Shown: positions 39,481-52,339, numbered from the stretch's first letter. The stretch: 64,000 nucleotides of DNA from Octopus sinensis (GCF_006345805.1 NC_043003.1:54932001-54996000), one strand, 5' to 3'. The notes: generated by a model not told the origin, from the sequence alone. Program-made: numbers and translations.

Positions 39481-40834
39481 CAGTATCTTTTAGATAAATT
39501 GAGACCAAATTTGCGCAGCTGACTTTGTGGGCTTAACATTTTATTTTTTTTAGAAAGCCTTGCATACTTGAAAATTAAATCTTCCTCTTTATATTTCTTG
39601 TAAATATCGAACTGTTTCGACAATAGAAAGTCATGGAACAACACAATAAAATCGTTAAGTTGTCGAAACTTCCAAAAGGAACAGTTCATCGTGTTGTGTA
39701 TAAACAATTTAAAGAAGAGGAAAAGATTGATTAAAAAAGTATTCAAGACTCGAAGTGATTACAAGCGCAATCCAAAGTGACTCGCTGGCCTCAAACGCCC
39801 GACTGAGGCCAACCCATCTATATCCATGACAACTCTTGCGAAGAAACGCAATGTCTTCCTTTCCAAGGTGTCCAGAGCTGTGAACAGAAACCTTGGCATG
39901 ACTAGCTATCTTCGATGACGCCTTCACCTCCTAGCGGCCAAGGCCAAAGCAATCAGAGTCAAGAGATGCCCAAAGCCGCTGTCATTCATCAAGTATCAAA
40001 TTGCACAAAAACTCGTGCTTGGGAGTGAGAAAAAGGTCACTGTTGACACTGAGGCGAATCGCAGAAGTTCTCGAGTGATTACATACCTTTCTGCATTAAC
40101 CAGTGTTTTAGAAAAGAACACGAGACACGAAGTGATTCCAAGCGCAATGCAAAGGTACTCGCTGTCCTCAAACGTCCGACTGGAGCCAAACCATCTACAT
40201 CCAGATCCATTAGAACTCTTGCAAAGGAATGGAATATGTCCCTTTCCACGGTGTGAGAATCCAGCCTCTGTGATGGTATTTGGAACCATAGCTAGCGATA
40301 GAAGTGTCATGGATCCACATTTCATTGAGTCTGGCTTGAAGATCGACACAAAGGAGCATCTCGACATCCTGAAGAAATCTCTGTTACTTTCGGTGGAGCA
40401 AAGGTTGCTTATTCAGAATTCTGCACCATGCCATGGGTCAAAAGCATCACAGGCCTTCCTTGGTGAGAAGGTGCTATTTTTGTGAGGGCCAAACTCTGGA
40501 CCAGTAATGTCCCAGACCTCTCTTTTCTCGATTACTTTTTATGGGACGTACTTCAAGCAAGGACCAATGCTTCACCACACACGAATGTCAACAGTTTGAA
40601 AACATGCGTCGTGGGTACGGCACAAAGAATCAAAAAGTTGGAGATTGCGGCAGCTGCCAAAAAATTTCGTTATCGTGTGGAGGCTGTAAGTGCCACAAAT
40701 TGGCGGCCATATTGAGAGATAAAATGCTTTTGTTGTAATAAATGTTACACTAAAATTACCTGTGTCTGCCACCATTATTTTAGTATTTATAACCAGTTTT
40801 ATGCAACTTGTCTCAATTTATCTGCAAGTCAATG
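39481..40834 (+). mobile_element. Full-length but inactive DD37D/maT (Tc1/mariner superfamily) transposon
   Basis: TIR core agataaattgagac at the left end and gtctcaatttatct at the right end, with TA on the left flank, ~1.35 kb. Transposase motifs are SEKKVTVD (SDEKIFTVD), NPASVMVFG, QNSAP.H (QDGAP.H), W.SN.PDLS.LDY.LW and C-terminal KKFRYRVEAV. Confidence 0.88.
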
Positions 40835-41501
40835 TTGATTAATATTTTGATAGATGTTCAATCAGATCTAATGGCTCGAGCATACAAATAGAAATGTGTA
40901 GACATACTTAATTTTAAAGCGCTATTTATATGGAAAATGATATTTCTCTTAGTGTTAATATGTTTAATGCAACTAGCGATACTATGAATGGTAGGTATGA
41001 TTTGTTGTGCGTTTTAACATCATTATATTTAACATGTTTGCCTTTCTCAGTATCTGTTCTACTCCAAGCATTCAAATTAATTTCTCGGCTGCATATTTTC
41101 TTCGTCATTGTTCTTCCACCCACCCCAGAGAGATCAACAGTGCTGCCCTTAGTTCTCTTATGAAATACAAGTAGCTTATCGAATCCATATTTTAAAGCAC
41201 TACCAGCTGAAAACTCATTAATTTGAAATATGACGCTGCAAGGGCTCCCTGACAATGACAGATATATAAGAAAGACACACTCCGAATAAATATTAATGTC
41301 TATTTGGCACCAGGAACGGAAGGAAAGAAGTATGACAGGCTTGAAGCTTTTCAGTATTTTGTGAAAATGCTTTAAATGACAAAAGCTCAGCACAGTCTAA
41401 AACAAAAAGAAAGCTATCATTTTCAAGTTAAAAAGCGAGGAAGGGGAGGAGTGATATAGAAAAATAGATAGCTAGAGAGAGAAAATAAGATTGCGAGATA
41501 G

Positions 41502-41595
<94 letters not shown>

Positions 41596-42424
41596 ATGCA
41601 TGCATGTAAAACGCAATTTCTCTCCGTCTGTCTGTCTGTTACAATGATAGTGCTTAAATCAGCGAAACAATATTCTTGAAACATTCCATATATGTTGCAC
41701 TAACATATAAAATTTGCCCCTCCCCCAAGACAATGGATGAATTATATGATAAAATGAGAAGGCTGCTAAAAGCTTGAGTCTGAGGGAAACTTAGTAACAG
41801 AGAGAGAGTGACATATCAGTGACGAAGAGAAATGCAGTGGAAATGGGACGAAAACGTTGCTACAGCTGTCATACACACGCGACGCTGTATACATACTTTT
41901 GTAAATACATAGAAAGAGCACACACACACGCGCGCGTCTACAAACAGTGGGGCGTGTGAAGAATAAGTCACTTTAAGGAGAGAGGGGCTAGGTGATTTTT
42001 TGCTGTCTCTCGCCAAGAAACTCTCACACACATACATACACATATATACATACATATATATATACATATACACATATATATATATATACATACATACATA
42101 TATACATACACATACCTACTATTCACCCTTTTAAACTCGTGATTACCTGTGTGTGCTTTTAAAAATATGTCAGTGTGTTTTTGAAAGAGAGAAAGAGAGA
42201 GAGAGAGAAAGGTCCTATTGATGTCTGTCCACTGTTGTCGGGTCTTTTGTGTTGCTGCAACATATTGTGAGAATTTTAAAATTACGTCAAAATTTTCAAA
42301 CTTGTTATATTGTAATATTTCTCCACGTCATATCCGATTTTTGTTATATTTTTGTACCAGAAAAGTTGCAGCAAAACGTTGCTGATGTTTAAAGTTTAAC
42401 CAATTTTACTTAATCACAAAACAG

Positions 42425-43232
42425 GATTTGGGAGAAAATCCATCATCATTACTTCGCGCTGGTCCCATAATCTGTGAGTATCACTCTGCCTGCTGACGGT
42501 TGGACACTAGCCTTGTATGGGTATGGTGATTTATTATGCTTCCATTGTTTCCACTGGACTTTAGTCTCGAGATCATTTTGGTGAACCAATGTTACATCCT
42601 GCGTGATAAATCTTCCAAAAACGACCTCGTTTTCTTAGCACATTGCCCAAAATGCCTGGAAGCAATTGACTTATTCCTGCTTCTGAAAAGATGTGAGTCC
42701 GGAGAATCCATCGTGCTGACAACTTCCACATGTGCAAATGGTCCGGAAGGATTTTTTTCCACGGACCCTACATCTATCTTCGCTTCTTGGGCTAATTTCC
42801 GATTAGTTATACGGTGATCCTCCAAAATGACAGCTTCTAATTTATGGGTGATATCTTCATCAGTGTCCGAATCTGGTCGTCCAGGAATAGGGGCAGTTTC
42901 CACCGATGTTCCACCACATTTGAACTGGCGATGCCAGTGCTTAACCACATTTTATGATGGTGTATCCCGTCCATAAACTTCCTTCATTTCATCGAAAGTC
43001 TCTTTTGGTGTACGACATTTCAAGTATAAGAAGCTACTCACTGCTCTGCGTTCAACTGCCTCCATTATAATACCTTAGTCCACTTCAGTAGCCGTAAAAG
43101 ACAAACGAAACCCAGTAGAAACCTGCAATTTACAATGTGACATGTAGAGACATTTATGATTATTTCTCTATAAGTTCTATTTCCTGCAATAAAGGGGAAA
43201 GGGTCAGAGGAATCTTTAATGAACGCACCTTT
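42425..43232 (-). mobile_element. Mariner transposon, 5' half with TIR, 3'-truncated
   Basis: The minus strand starts taaaggtgcgttcattaaagattcctc. Translation reads MEAVERRAVSSFLYLKCRTPKETFDEMKEVYG..VVKHWHRQFKCG..GRP..ILEDHRIT..ARWIPRILT..KVQWKQWKH..SVQPSAGRVILT. Confidence 0.88.
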
Positions 43233-44015
43233 AGATATATATATATATATACATTCCTTGCAAAATAAATTAATGTTTCTATTAGTTACTTGTAATTCAA
43301 CATTATAGCTTGTAATGGTGATATATTAATGAGTATGTAGTGTTTTATTATTAACTTTTAATTGATGAAATAAAGTATTTCACACATAATTATTATATTA
43401 TTAGTTAGATTAATTTCATTCATGTTTTGTTTTGGAGAAATTTATATAAAGCTTTAACTTTTATATTATACTAGTAACTATGGACGACTGGTGGGATTAT
43501 TATTTGTATGGACTTAAAGATTGGTTGCGATTTAGCAAATAATTTAGTTATTGGAATTAATACCGATGCAATGTACATTGGTCTATATTTCTTTGTTGTA
43601 GTTTTATAAAAGTTTGTGTTTAATCCTGCTTATAAATTGATTCATTGAAAGACTGGGTTATCAAGCTTTCACTTTTTTATACAATGAAAGACGGTAGAGA
43701 TTATAAGCTTTGTATGACTTGATGGATTGGTCGCTGTTTAGTTACGTATTTAGGAGTTAGATGTAATTTACTTATTGAATTTATTTACCGATACGGTTGA
43801 ACATAGGTAAATGCGTTTGAAAGTTGTGGTTTCCTTGGTTTGTTTGTTCCCAAACAACACTTATTTTAGTGCTGTTGATACCGCCGGATTGAATGGTGCT
43901 GCCCAGGTGTCGAAAACATAATGATATCCGTGGGTCAGCTGATGATGGAGGTATGCTGGATTGTTGGTATGGCTGTTTTGTATATGTGGAATAGTATTAT
44001 AACACATCCTTTTGA

Positions 44016-44052
<37 letters not shown>

Positions 44053-44090
44053 ATATGTATATGTGTATATGTGTGTGTGTGTTTGCATAT

Positions 44091-44235
44091 ACAAGGGGTT
44101 CTCCAAAAGAAACGGGTACTTTGCAATGTCGTTTAATCACTTAGCATTACACGCATGTTTACACTTGTGTGGCCTTCAAAGTATCCTCCATTTGAAGCAC
44201 TGCAAAACAAAAACGCACCTCGTAGCTGTAAGGCC
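44091..44235 (-). mobile_element. Short mariner-derived remnant
   Basis: TIR-like ends tacaaggggttctccaaaag and aaaacgcacctcgta. The minus strand encodes GGYFEGH. Confidence 0.55.
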
Positions 44236-44540
44236 CCGCCTGATGACGCTGGTCGGGAGATTTGATGCCTGAGGAGAGGCTAGCGGTGGAAGCCTGAACT
44301 ACAACGGTCTCCTCCCCTCAGATAACGTTTCCGGTTACGCTTGTGAACCCAGTCTTCGCCATGATAGATCGTTAGCCACTACACACATTGTTTTCTCTCC
44401 TTGTTTTCTGTGTCCCTTTCTGTAGAAGAGCGTAGGCTCGAAACGTAAAAGACTTTTCCTATTCCTGAGCGTTATACTAATGCATCTGTTTGTTTTGTAC
44501 ACCACCTGTCTTCGTCTTTTGTTGTTTTTTCGTAAACTCT

Positions 44541-44543
<3 letters not shown>
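44236..44543 (+). mobile_element. Penelope-like element 3' terminus
   Basis: 44358-44543 matches 6704-6890. It has the hammerhead-like motif at 44416-44451 and ends ..aaactctccc directly in (TA)n. The upstream 44236-44357 is assigned tentatively. Confidence 0.7.
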
Positions 44544-44584
<41 letters not shown>

Positions 44585-45560
44585 TATATATTCCTATTTA
44601 TCAATTTGTCGATCAGTGAATTCCAACATATTTTATTCGTCCTGTTATCATCTTGAAAAAAGATTGTAATTTTAAACATAAATTTTTAAACCTATTACTG
44701 CCAATAAAATTGCATTTTATTTGGATTCCGTTTCTTTTTTGGGTTTTCGTGTTTTTCTTTCTCCGTTAAGATAAACCAGTCCCCGATTTTATCTTTCCAA
44801 TGAAAACATAATCCAACGGATAGGGACGTCAAGATGATTCCTCACTTTTAAGGCGGAGATGGGACCATGGCGAAGAAGGGACAAATCAAGTTGGATATTT
44901 CGTTGAAAGCTTGTTTGCTTTTTCTAGGAGATATCAAAATGGATCTTAGGCAAGAAGGTTAGCAACGGAGGGGGCAATAGTTGTGACGTATAGATGTAAA
45001 TTGTAACTTTGAAATGTGGTTGTTGTCAGAGAAATCTGTTGCGTTGTGTGTATCTCTAGCGCAAAGATATACACATCTTATTCTGAAATATGTATGCGTG
45101 AGCGTGTGCCAACGTGGATGAGTGTGAATGTGTGCGTGTAAGTGTGTGTGCGTAGGAGTAAATGTCAGTAAGTGAGTGTGAGTGTGTGCATGTGTGTGTG
45201 TGTGTGTGCGTGTGTGTGTGTATGTATACATTTATAATTACTGTTTATACTCATTACTTTTTCCGTATGGTTGCATATTACAACACATAATTATATAGCT
45301 GTATATTCTTAAGTGTGTATCATCTCTCTCTCCTTCGCTGCCTGTCTGTCTGTCTGCCAGTCTGTTTGTGTGTCTGTTTCTTTGCTTTTCTCTCTGCCTG
45401 CCTGCCTGCTTGTCTGTTTGTCTGCCTGCCTCTCTCTCTATCTCTGCATTATATATATTATATATATTACATGTGTGTGTTTCTATGTAAATACTTGTAC
45501 ATACATGTACATATGTGTGCACACGTATACAATACACACATGCACACAGACACTTGTATA

Positions 45561-45611
<51 letters not shown>

Positions 45612-45690
45612 GTGTACACACACACATATAAATATATATATATATATACATATATATATGTATATATATATATATATATATACATACATA

Positions 45691-45738
<48 letters not shown>

Positions 45739-45814
45739 GTGTACACACACACATATAAATATATATATATATATACATATATATGTATTATATATATTAT
45801 ATATACATACATAT

Positions 45815-45847
<33 letters not shown>

Positions 45848-46189
45848 GCATATATATATGGATATAAATAGCTATATATATATATATAAAGAGAGAAAGA
45901 GAGGAGAGTGAGTGAGATAGAATAAGAGAGAGAGAGAGAAATAGAATGAGAGAGAGAGAGAGAGAGAGATAGAGAGAACTAGATATCTTCAACTGATATC
46001 AAACTGATCAATCAAACCTACAAATACGTTAGGATTATCAACCGTCATGAACAGTTGAAGTAATAAGCTAAAATAAAACGATGTCTTATTGGAGTCACAT
46101 TTGCGAATGGCGGAACGGATTTGCCCAAGGACAAACTTCTCTTCTTGCTATCAATGTTTCGTCGTTTCTGCATTTATACTTATCTTCAT

Positions 46190-46193
46190 TGTT

Positions 46194-46233
<40 letters not shown>

Positions 46234-46500
46234 CCATTGTTGTTGCAGCTGTAGTCGTCGTCGTCGATTTTGTTGTAGTTTTTTTCTTACTTCTTCGTGT
46301 TCTTCTTCTCCTTCTCCTCCTTCCTCCCTCATCTTCTCCTTCTTCTCCTTCCTCTCCTCCTCCTTCCTCTCCTCCTCCTTCTTCTCCTCCTCCTCCTTCC
46401 TCTCCTCCTCCTCCTTCCTCCTCCTCCTTCCTCCTCCTCCTCCTCCTCCTCCTCCTTCTTCTTCTTCTTCTTCTTCTTCTCCTTCTCCTTCTTCTTCTTG
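46190..46500. repeat. (GTT)/(CCT)/(CTT) trinucleotide microsatellite
   Basis: Direct reading. Confidence 0.95.
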
Positions 46501-47084
46501 GTTGTAGTGGCGATAGCAGTAGTCGTAATGATCGCCATCTTATGTTTTTTTTTCCATCTTGATGTTGTTATAGTTATGTAAATTTATCGTCGTCATGTTA
46601 ACAACCTTATTTTGCTGCCTTCGATCATCACTATAATCATTATTAATCACCACTGTTATCAATGCGAAAACAAGCAACAGCATTAGCGCCACCACCACAC
46701 CATCACCGCCACCACCACCACCACCACAACCAACACAACTAAGGCCATCACCTTCACCGCCACTAACACCACCACCACTACCACCGCAACCAAGTCTTCT
46801 TTGTACCCAACCTATCTCTTTAGCATAACAAAAACGGAATGAAGTCCGGACTTTGTAATATTCATTACATTTCTTGATATACTGTGTTCAAATCCCAATA
46901 AAATTTCATTTTCACTCCATGGCATTTCTTCCATACGAGATGAAGCGTTCGATATCAAAATCTGTAGATTTTGATATCGCTAAGAAGTGAAAATACTGTA
47001 AATTTAGTTCAGCGCTTATAACAAACTGAGTTGAAATTCAAAGAGTATTAATATGAACTTTCGTCAAGATACACCAAGCGCCGT

Positions 47085-48150
47085 CGTAGTCGCAGTGGTG
47101 TCTTTGTTTTAGTGGAGATCCTGGCTGTGATGGTGGTCGTGGCTGTATTGGTGATCGTGGCTGTGGTGGTGGTCGTGGCTGTGGTGGTGGTCTTGGCTGT
47201 GGTGGTATTCGTGGCTATGGTGGAATTCGTGGCTGTGGTGGTGGTCGTGGCTGTGGTTGTGATTGTAGCTGTGGTGGTGGTTATGGCTGTGATCGTTGTT
47301 GTGGCTGTGGTGGTGGTCATGGATGTGGTAGTCGTTTTTACTGTGGTGGTGGTCGTGGCTGTGATGATGCTCGCGGCTGTAGTGCTCGTCGTGGCTATAG
47401 TGGTGTTCACTGTGGTGGTAGTTGCAGCTGTTGTGGGTGTCGTGGTTGTAGAGATGGTTGTGGCTGTAGTGATGGTCGTGGCTGTGATAGTCATCATGAC
47501 TGTGGTAGTTGATGTGAGTGTGATACTCTCATGCCTGTGTTGGTGGCCGTGGCTGTGATAGTGGTCACGGCTGTAGTAGTCGTTGTCAGTGTGATGGCGG
47601 TGTTGGTTGTGGTGTGGTCCTGACAGTGGGAGTCGACGTGACTATGGTGGTGGTCGTGGCAGTCGTGGCTGTGGTGCTAGGTAGTCGTAGTTGTGATGGT
47701 GGTCTTCGCTGTGGTGGTGGTCGTAGATGTGGTAGTCGTCGTAACTGTGGTTGTGGTCGTGTCTGTAGGGCTGGTGGGGGTGACTGTGGTGTTGATCCTG
47801 GCTGTGGCAGACTTCGTAACCGTGATAGTCGACATGACAGTGGTCGTGGCTGTTGTGGTGGCCGTAACTGGGTTGCCGTCATGACTGTGGTTGTCGTCGT
47901 GGCAATGGTGGTCGTCCTGACAGTGGTGGTCGTCGTGGCAGTGGTGGCCGTCACGTCAGTTGTGGTGTTGGTCGTGACGGTCGTAGCCGACGTGTCTATA
48001 TGGTATGGGTGGTCGTGTCTGTAGTGGTAGTCGTGGCTGTGGTGGTGGCTGTGTTTGTGTTAGTAATTGTGGCTGTGGTGGTTGTCTTTAGTTGTGATGA
48101 TCGTCGTATCTGCCTTGGTCGACGTGACTGGTGGTCGTCGAGGTTGTGGT
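47085..48150. repeat. ~1-kb degenerate GTG/GTC/GCT tandem repeat (unit ~gtggtggtcgtggct)
   Basis: Direct reading. Frame breaks occur near 47500-47700. Confidence 0.9.
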
Positions 48151-48216
48151 GATGGCCGTCGCTGCGGTGGACGTCTTTTGCATTCGCAGTGCAAACATAT
48201 TCACCTTCATACTCAT

Positions 48217-48436
48217 TACGAAAGCGAACTGGAAATTTCTAGGCTTTAAGGGTGTCACGAGAGACCTGGATGGAGGCCCAAATCTTGGAGTTTTTTGCGG
48301 GGCCTTGAAACATTGAAGGGCCGCTACAATAATAGTATGAATTTGAGAGGGGAATATGTTGAATAAAATCATAATTTACTGATTCTCCCGTATCTTCTTT
48401 TACTCAAAGCGAGGAAATATTTCATCAAACTCTCGA
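48217..48436 (+). mobile_element. ~220-bp mariner-derived MITE
   Basis: Homologous to 59957-60166 (ggctttaagggt..ggaggcccaa..gggaatatgttgaat.aaatcataat). It retains the GEYVE* transposase end and has degenerate TIRs. Confidence 0.7.
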
Positions 48437-48882
48437 ATTTATTGCCATTTTACTGGAAAGTTAAGCAGCAATATGTTGAGAAAGAAAAGAATTCTTCCAA
48501 TGCCAGAAATGAAGCCAAAAATTTCTAAATTTCATTTTAGTTACAAGAACTTCAAATTATTAATATTTCCAACCTGGGAATTATGCACTCACATATTGCT
48601 GATAACAATTTACCTTATTTTTTAGAAGTGTGGTGTGGGTAAAATAAGCAACAGTAAAAACAATGTGTAACACAAATCACTTATGTTACTCTTTAAATAA
48701 CCATGCATGACTTTTGGAAAAAGTTTTAAAAATCTATTTGCTAGTTATTTGGTTTCTGTCTTTACGCTATTCTTTTGTTTTAAGTTGTTTTTTTTTTGTC
48801 TAGATAGATTCCGATAAGGCAGATTCACCTATTGCAAAATAGAAGAAGCCGGCAATGATCATTCAATCTCATCCTAGAGTAA

Positions 48883-48913
<31 letters not shown>

Positions 48914-49185
48914 AATGTATATATATATATATACACATACACACATACATGCTTACATAAAGACATATACACGCTCATAGAAACAGGCACGCACACACAC
49001 ATACAAACACAGGTATGGTAACGGAGACACGAAAAATAGAATTCCGCTTATGGATACATGTATATCTTTATACATATTTAGAAGAAGCCCCAGAGTGACA
49101 CTTGGGCTGAGTGTTTCGTGCGTTGGAACTTATCAAAATTGATAATAATATTATTATTATTAATAATAATAATAATAATAATAAT

Positions 49186-50138
49186 GATTGACAATTAACA
49201 AGGAACTACACCCCCAAAGCGATGCTGACACACTCTATGGGCCTAGAAACAGGGGAGGAAGAGGTCCCGTTGGATGCAAGATCTTTGCTGTTAACGAGAA
49301 GATCAGTCTGGGATGTAAATCAAACAGCAGAGTGAATCCTTGCTTATCGTTGTTACAATTAATAATATAATACATACCGAAAATGTGATGCACCCACAAA
49401 AATTTAGGAAACAAGATGAAGGAAAAAGAGTAAACAACTGGAAAAGAAAACCACTGCATGGGCGACATCTCTGAGAAATCGAAGGAAAAGACAAGATCAA
49501 CGCTTGCAGATGGCTAGGAAAAAGTGATCTGAAAGGATGCACTGAGGCATCGATATGAAGCGCACAGGAACAAGCTCTGAGAACCAATTACACCAAGTTC
49601 CAAATAGATAAGAGTAGGGAATCGTCCCTTACAAGGATATGTGGCTGCAGAAACAAACAATCTCACATACTGTGAGCGAATGTGGCAAGCTGGCCCAAAA
49701 GCACTACAAAAGGAAGCATGATAACGTGGCTAAGTTCGTCCACTGGAGGATGTGTGAAAAGTGCGGCCTGAACGGAAAACGGAAATGGTATGAACTTGAA
49801 CCAGATGGAGTCACCGAGAACAAGGAACATAAAATACTGTTGGATTTTACAATCCAAAGTGACTCCCTGATCGAGGCTCAGAGATCAGATTTTGTATTAG
49901 ATAAAGGATAAAAAGAAACCAATTTCATGGATATTGAAAACTTGGTGATGCACGTACAAGTGACAAAGTACCAGAAAGATTGAAAAATAGAGACTACTAA
50001 AATACGAAATTGCAATTATGGGGACTACGAGGAGAGTGTCTGTCATTCCAGTAGTTGCACGGGCACTCGTAGCAGTAACAAACAAGTTCGAGAAATAAGT
50101 CAGAGAAATCGGAATCGACATGAGAGCAGAGCAGCACC
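49186..50138 (+). mobile_element. Dong/R4-clade LINE 3' coding fragment (CCHC plus restriction-like endonuclease)
   Basis: KELHPQSDADTLYGPRNRGGRG..WKRKPLHG..AQEQALRTNY..ISHTVSECGKLAQKHYKRKHDNVAK..W..KILLDFTIQSD..EAQRSD. The 5' junction is on (TAA)n. Confidence 0.88.
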
Positions 50139-50139
50139 C

Positions 50140-50234
50140 ACCCCAAAGGATGAAAGGCAAAGTCGACCTCGTAGAGACAGACGAAATACTGCTAAGCCTT
50201 TCGTCCATTGCACTAACGATTCTTTCAGCTCGCC
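50140..50234 (-). mobile_element. Internally deleted SINE family A fragment
   Basis: aaaggatgaaaggcaaagtcgacctcg..agacgaaatactgctaagc..ctaacgattc..cagctcgcc. Confidence 0.8.
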
Positions 50235-50235
50235 G

Positions 50236-50293
<58 letters not shown>

Positions 50294-50702
50294 CATGAGA
50301 CTAAAATAATACCTGTTGTCATAGGTTCCCTAGGGGCTAAAACAATACCTGTTGTCATTGGTGCTCTTGGAATGATATCAAAAAGTGCTGATTGCTACCT
50401 AGCACATATACCAGGAAACTATAAAATGGCAGAAATTCAAACGATAGTGTGCATGGGAACTGCCCATAGCCTACGTAAGATACTGTCTATGTAATCTCAA
50501 ATTTTAAAACAAACTTATAATTTTCTTATGTTTTCTTAAACATTCTCTAGAACAATACTATGTGCAAAACCAAATATATGGCACCCTAGGCATAACACTA
50601 ACATGAACTTCTAACTTGTTGTCTCTTGAGGTCTCTGGGTGAGACTTGGAGCCAACTTCTAAAAATACAAAGCAAAGGTGAAGCGTAAAATAAAGTCAAA
50701 AT

Positions 50703-50705
<3 letters not shown>
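50294..50705 (+). mobile_element. Dong/R4-clade LINE 3' end embedded in (TAA)n on both sides
   Basis: TKIIPVVIGSLGA-KTIPVVIGALGMISKSADCYLAHIPGNYKMAEIQTIVCMGTAHSLRKILSM* plus 3' UTR. The IPVVIG segment is locally duplicated. (TAA)n lies at 50240-50293 and 50706-50805. Confidence 0.9.
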
Positions 50706-50748
<43 letters not shown>

Positions 50749-50750
50749 TG

Positions 50751-50783
<33 letters not shown>

Positions 50784-50835
50784 TAATAATAATAATAATA
50801 ATAATGACTATGGTGAGGATAGGATAAGGAGGAGG

Positions 50836-51150
50836 AAACCACCTTCGGTCATGAATGACCATGGGATTGCACCCAGAAAGTTACCCTCCGATGCATGAGT
50901 CCGGGCAAAGTAAGGCTGTTTGTGGAAGGCCTGCAGTCGCCCTTGCATATCAACCTCCCCTCTTCACACCACCGATGTTATCCAAGGGAAAGGCAAAGGC
51001 CGATACAATTTGGCACCAGTGATATCGCAACTCATTTCTACAGCTGAGTTGACTGAAGCAACGTGAAATACAGTGTCTTGTTCAAGAACACAACACGCAG
51101 CCCGGTCCGGGAATCGAACTCACAACCTTACGATCATAAGCTGACCTCTC
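50836..51150 (-). mobile_element. tRNA-derived SINE family D
   Basis: Reverse complement homologous to 57191-57514 (gggaatcgaactcacaacc B-box, gtcttgttcaagaacac, ctacagctgagt, gggattgcacccagaaagttaccctc). Confidence 0.85.
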
Positions 51151-52339
51151 CTGTTCGAATGTTGTAATGGACACATTTGTATGTGTCACATACATAGCTA
51201 GAGGCAATGACCTCTTGGAGCTAATCAACGGCAGCATTCGTCCTATTTTCTTGGACTGCCATTTTAGCTTGGCGATAACTATTAATATCCAGCACTGCTG
51301 ACGTTGTTTCCTTTAGAGGTATTTAGAAATATTAATATTTCTATTATATATATACACTTTTTTATCCGAGGGGAAAGGCAATGCGAGCAACAACCACAGG
51401 AACATCAGAAAATCCAAAGAATGACCTAACACATACAAATCTTCATATACTCATTTATATCTATAAAGCCCGACATTTAAAAATTCAAAAATTTACTAAT
51501 ATATAAATATATCATATAAAAATATAAATTTTGCATATAACACCTTGAATGTACGCTTAAAACATTTAGTATAAATTTTTACAATAAGAGAAATAAATAT
51601 AATAATAATAAATAAAAATAAAGCATACAAGGCATATTAAAAGACGGATTAAAATTCTAGCGAAATGTACATAGAAGATAATAATTACACAAGTTTACAA
51701 AAATATAAGTTTACAAAGATACACAGAAGTCCATCTTTCGGAGACGCGCCAATTAATATTATTAGACATATCATATACTTAAAATTGGTACTCCCCTTAT
51801 CAAGATGTCCTATACATACAACATATTGTAAACGTAAACAAATACACAATCACATACCGGCCATACTCAGAACCGAGACGTTAGGTACTCCCAGAAATTT
51901 TTCTCCGATCCTGAATGCTACTTTATACGCATATAATTCGACCCAGCAGTCATTGTAAATTGTATGCACGCAGCGCAATGTGGACCATTTCACTTCTGCA
52001 CTTATTTTATTTTATTTTATTTTATTTCAATCTTTTAAATTCCCACATACATGCAAAGCCACATATTCGGGTTCAAGTCCTTGATACATTTTATACTAAT
52101 ACATATTTTTTCTTTTAATAATTTTTTCTTTTAATAATTACATTACTTTAGTTTTATTTCATTTACTACTTACTATGCTTACTAAATTTAATTCAATTGT
52201 TATTGCTTAGCTCTAACTTTTATTGCTATTTCTGTTTCTAAATTTCTTATGGAACGTCGAGTGGATCCTATGCGTACACGCTGGTATTGCATCAGTGAAC
52301 TTATTTAACACTGCGTTGTTGTAATTTTTTAATATACTA

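Noticed and set aside
47048-48024. Thr/Ala-rich (minus) and Val-rich (plus) ORFs suggesting a mucin
   Set aside because: This is a degenerate GTG/GTC/GCT tandem repeat with frame breaks, no splice signals and no flanking domain.
51665-51958. 97-aa ORF in unique sequence
   Set aside because: No recognisable motif or splice context. The length is within chance expectation.
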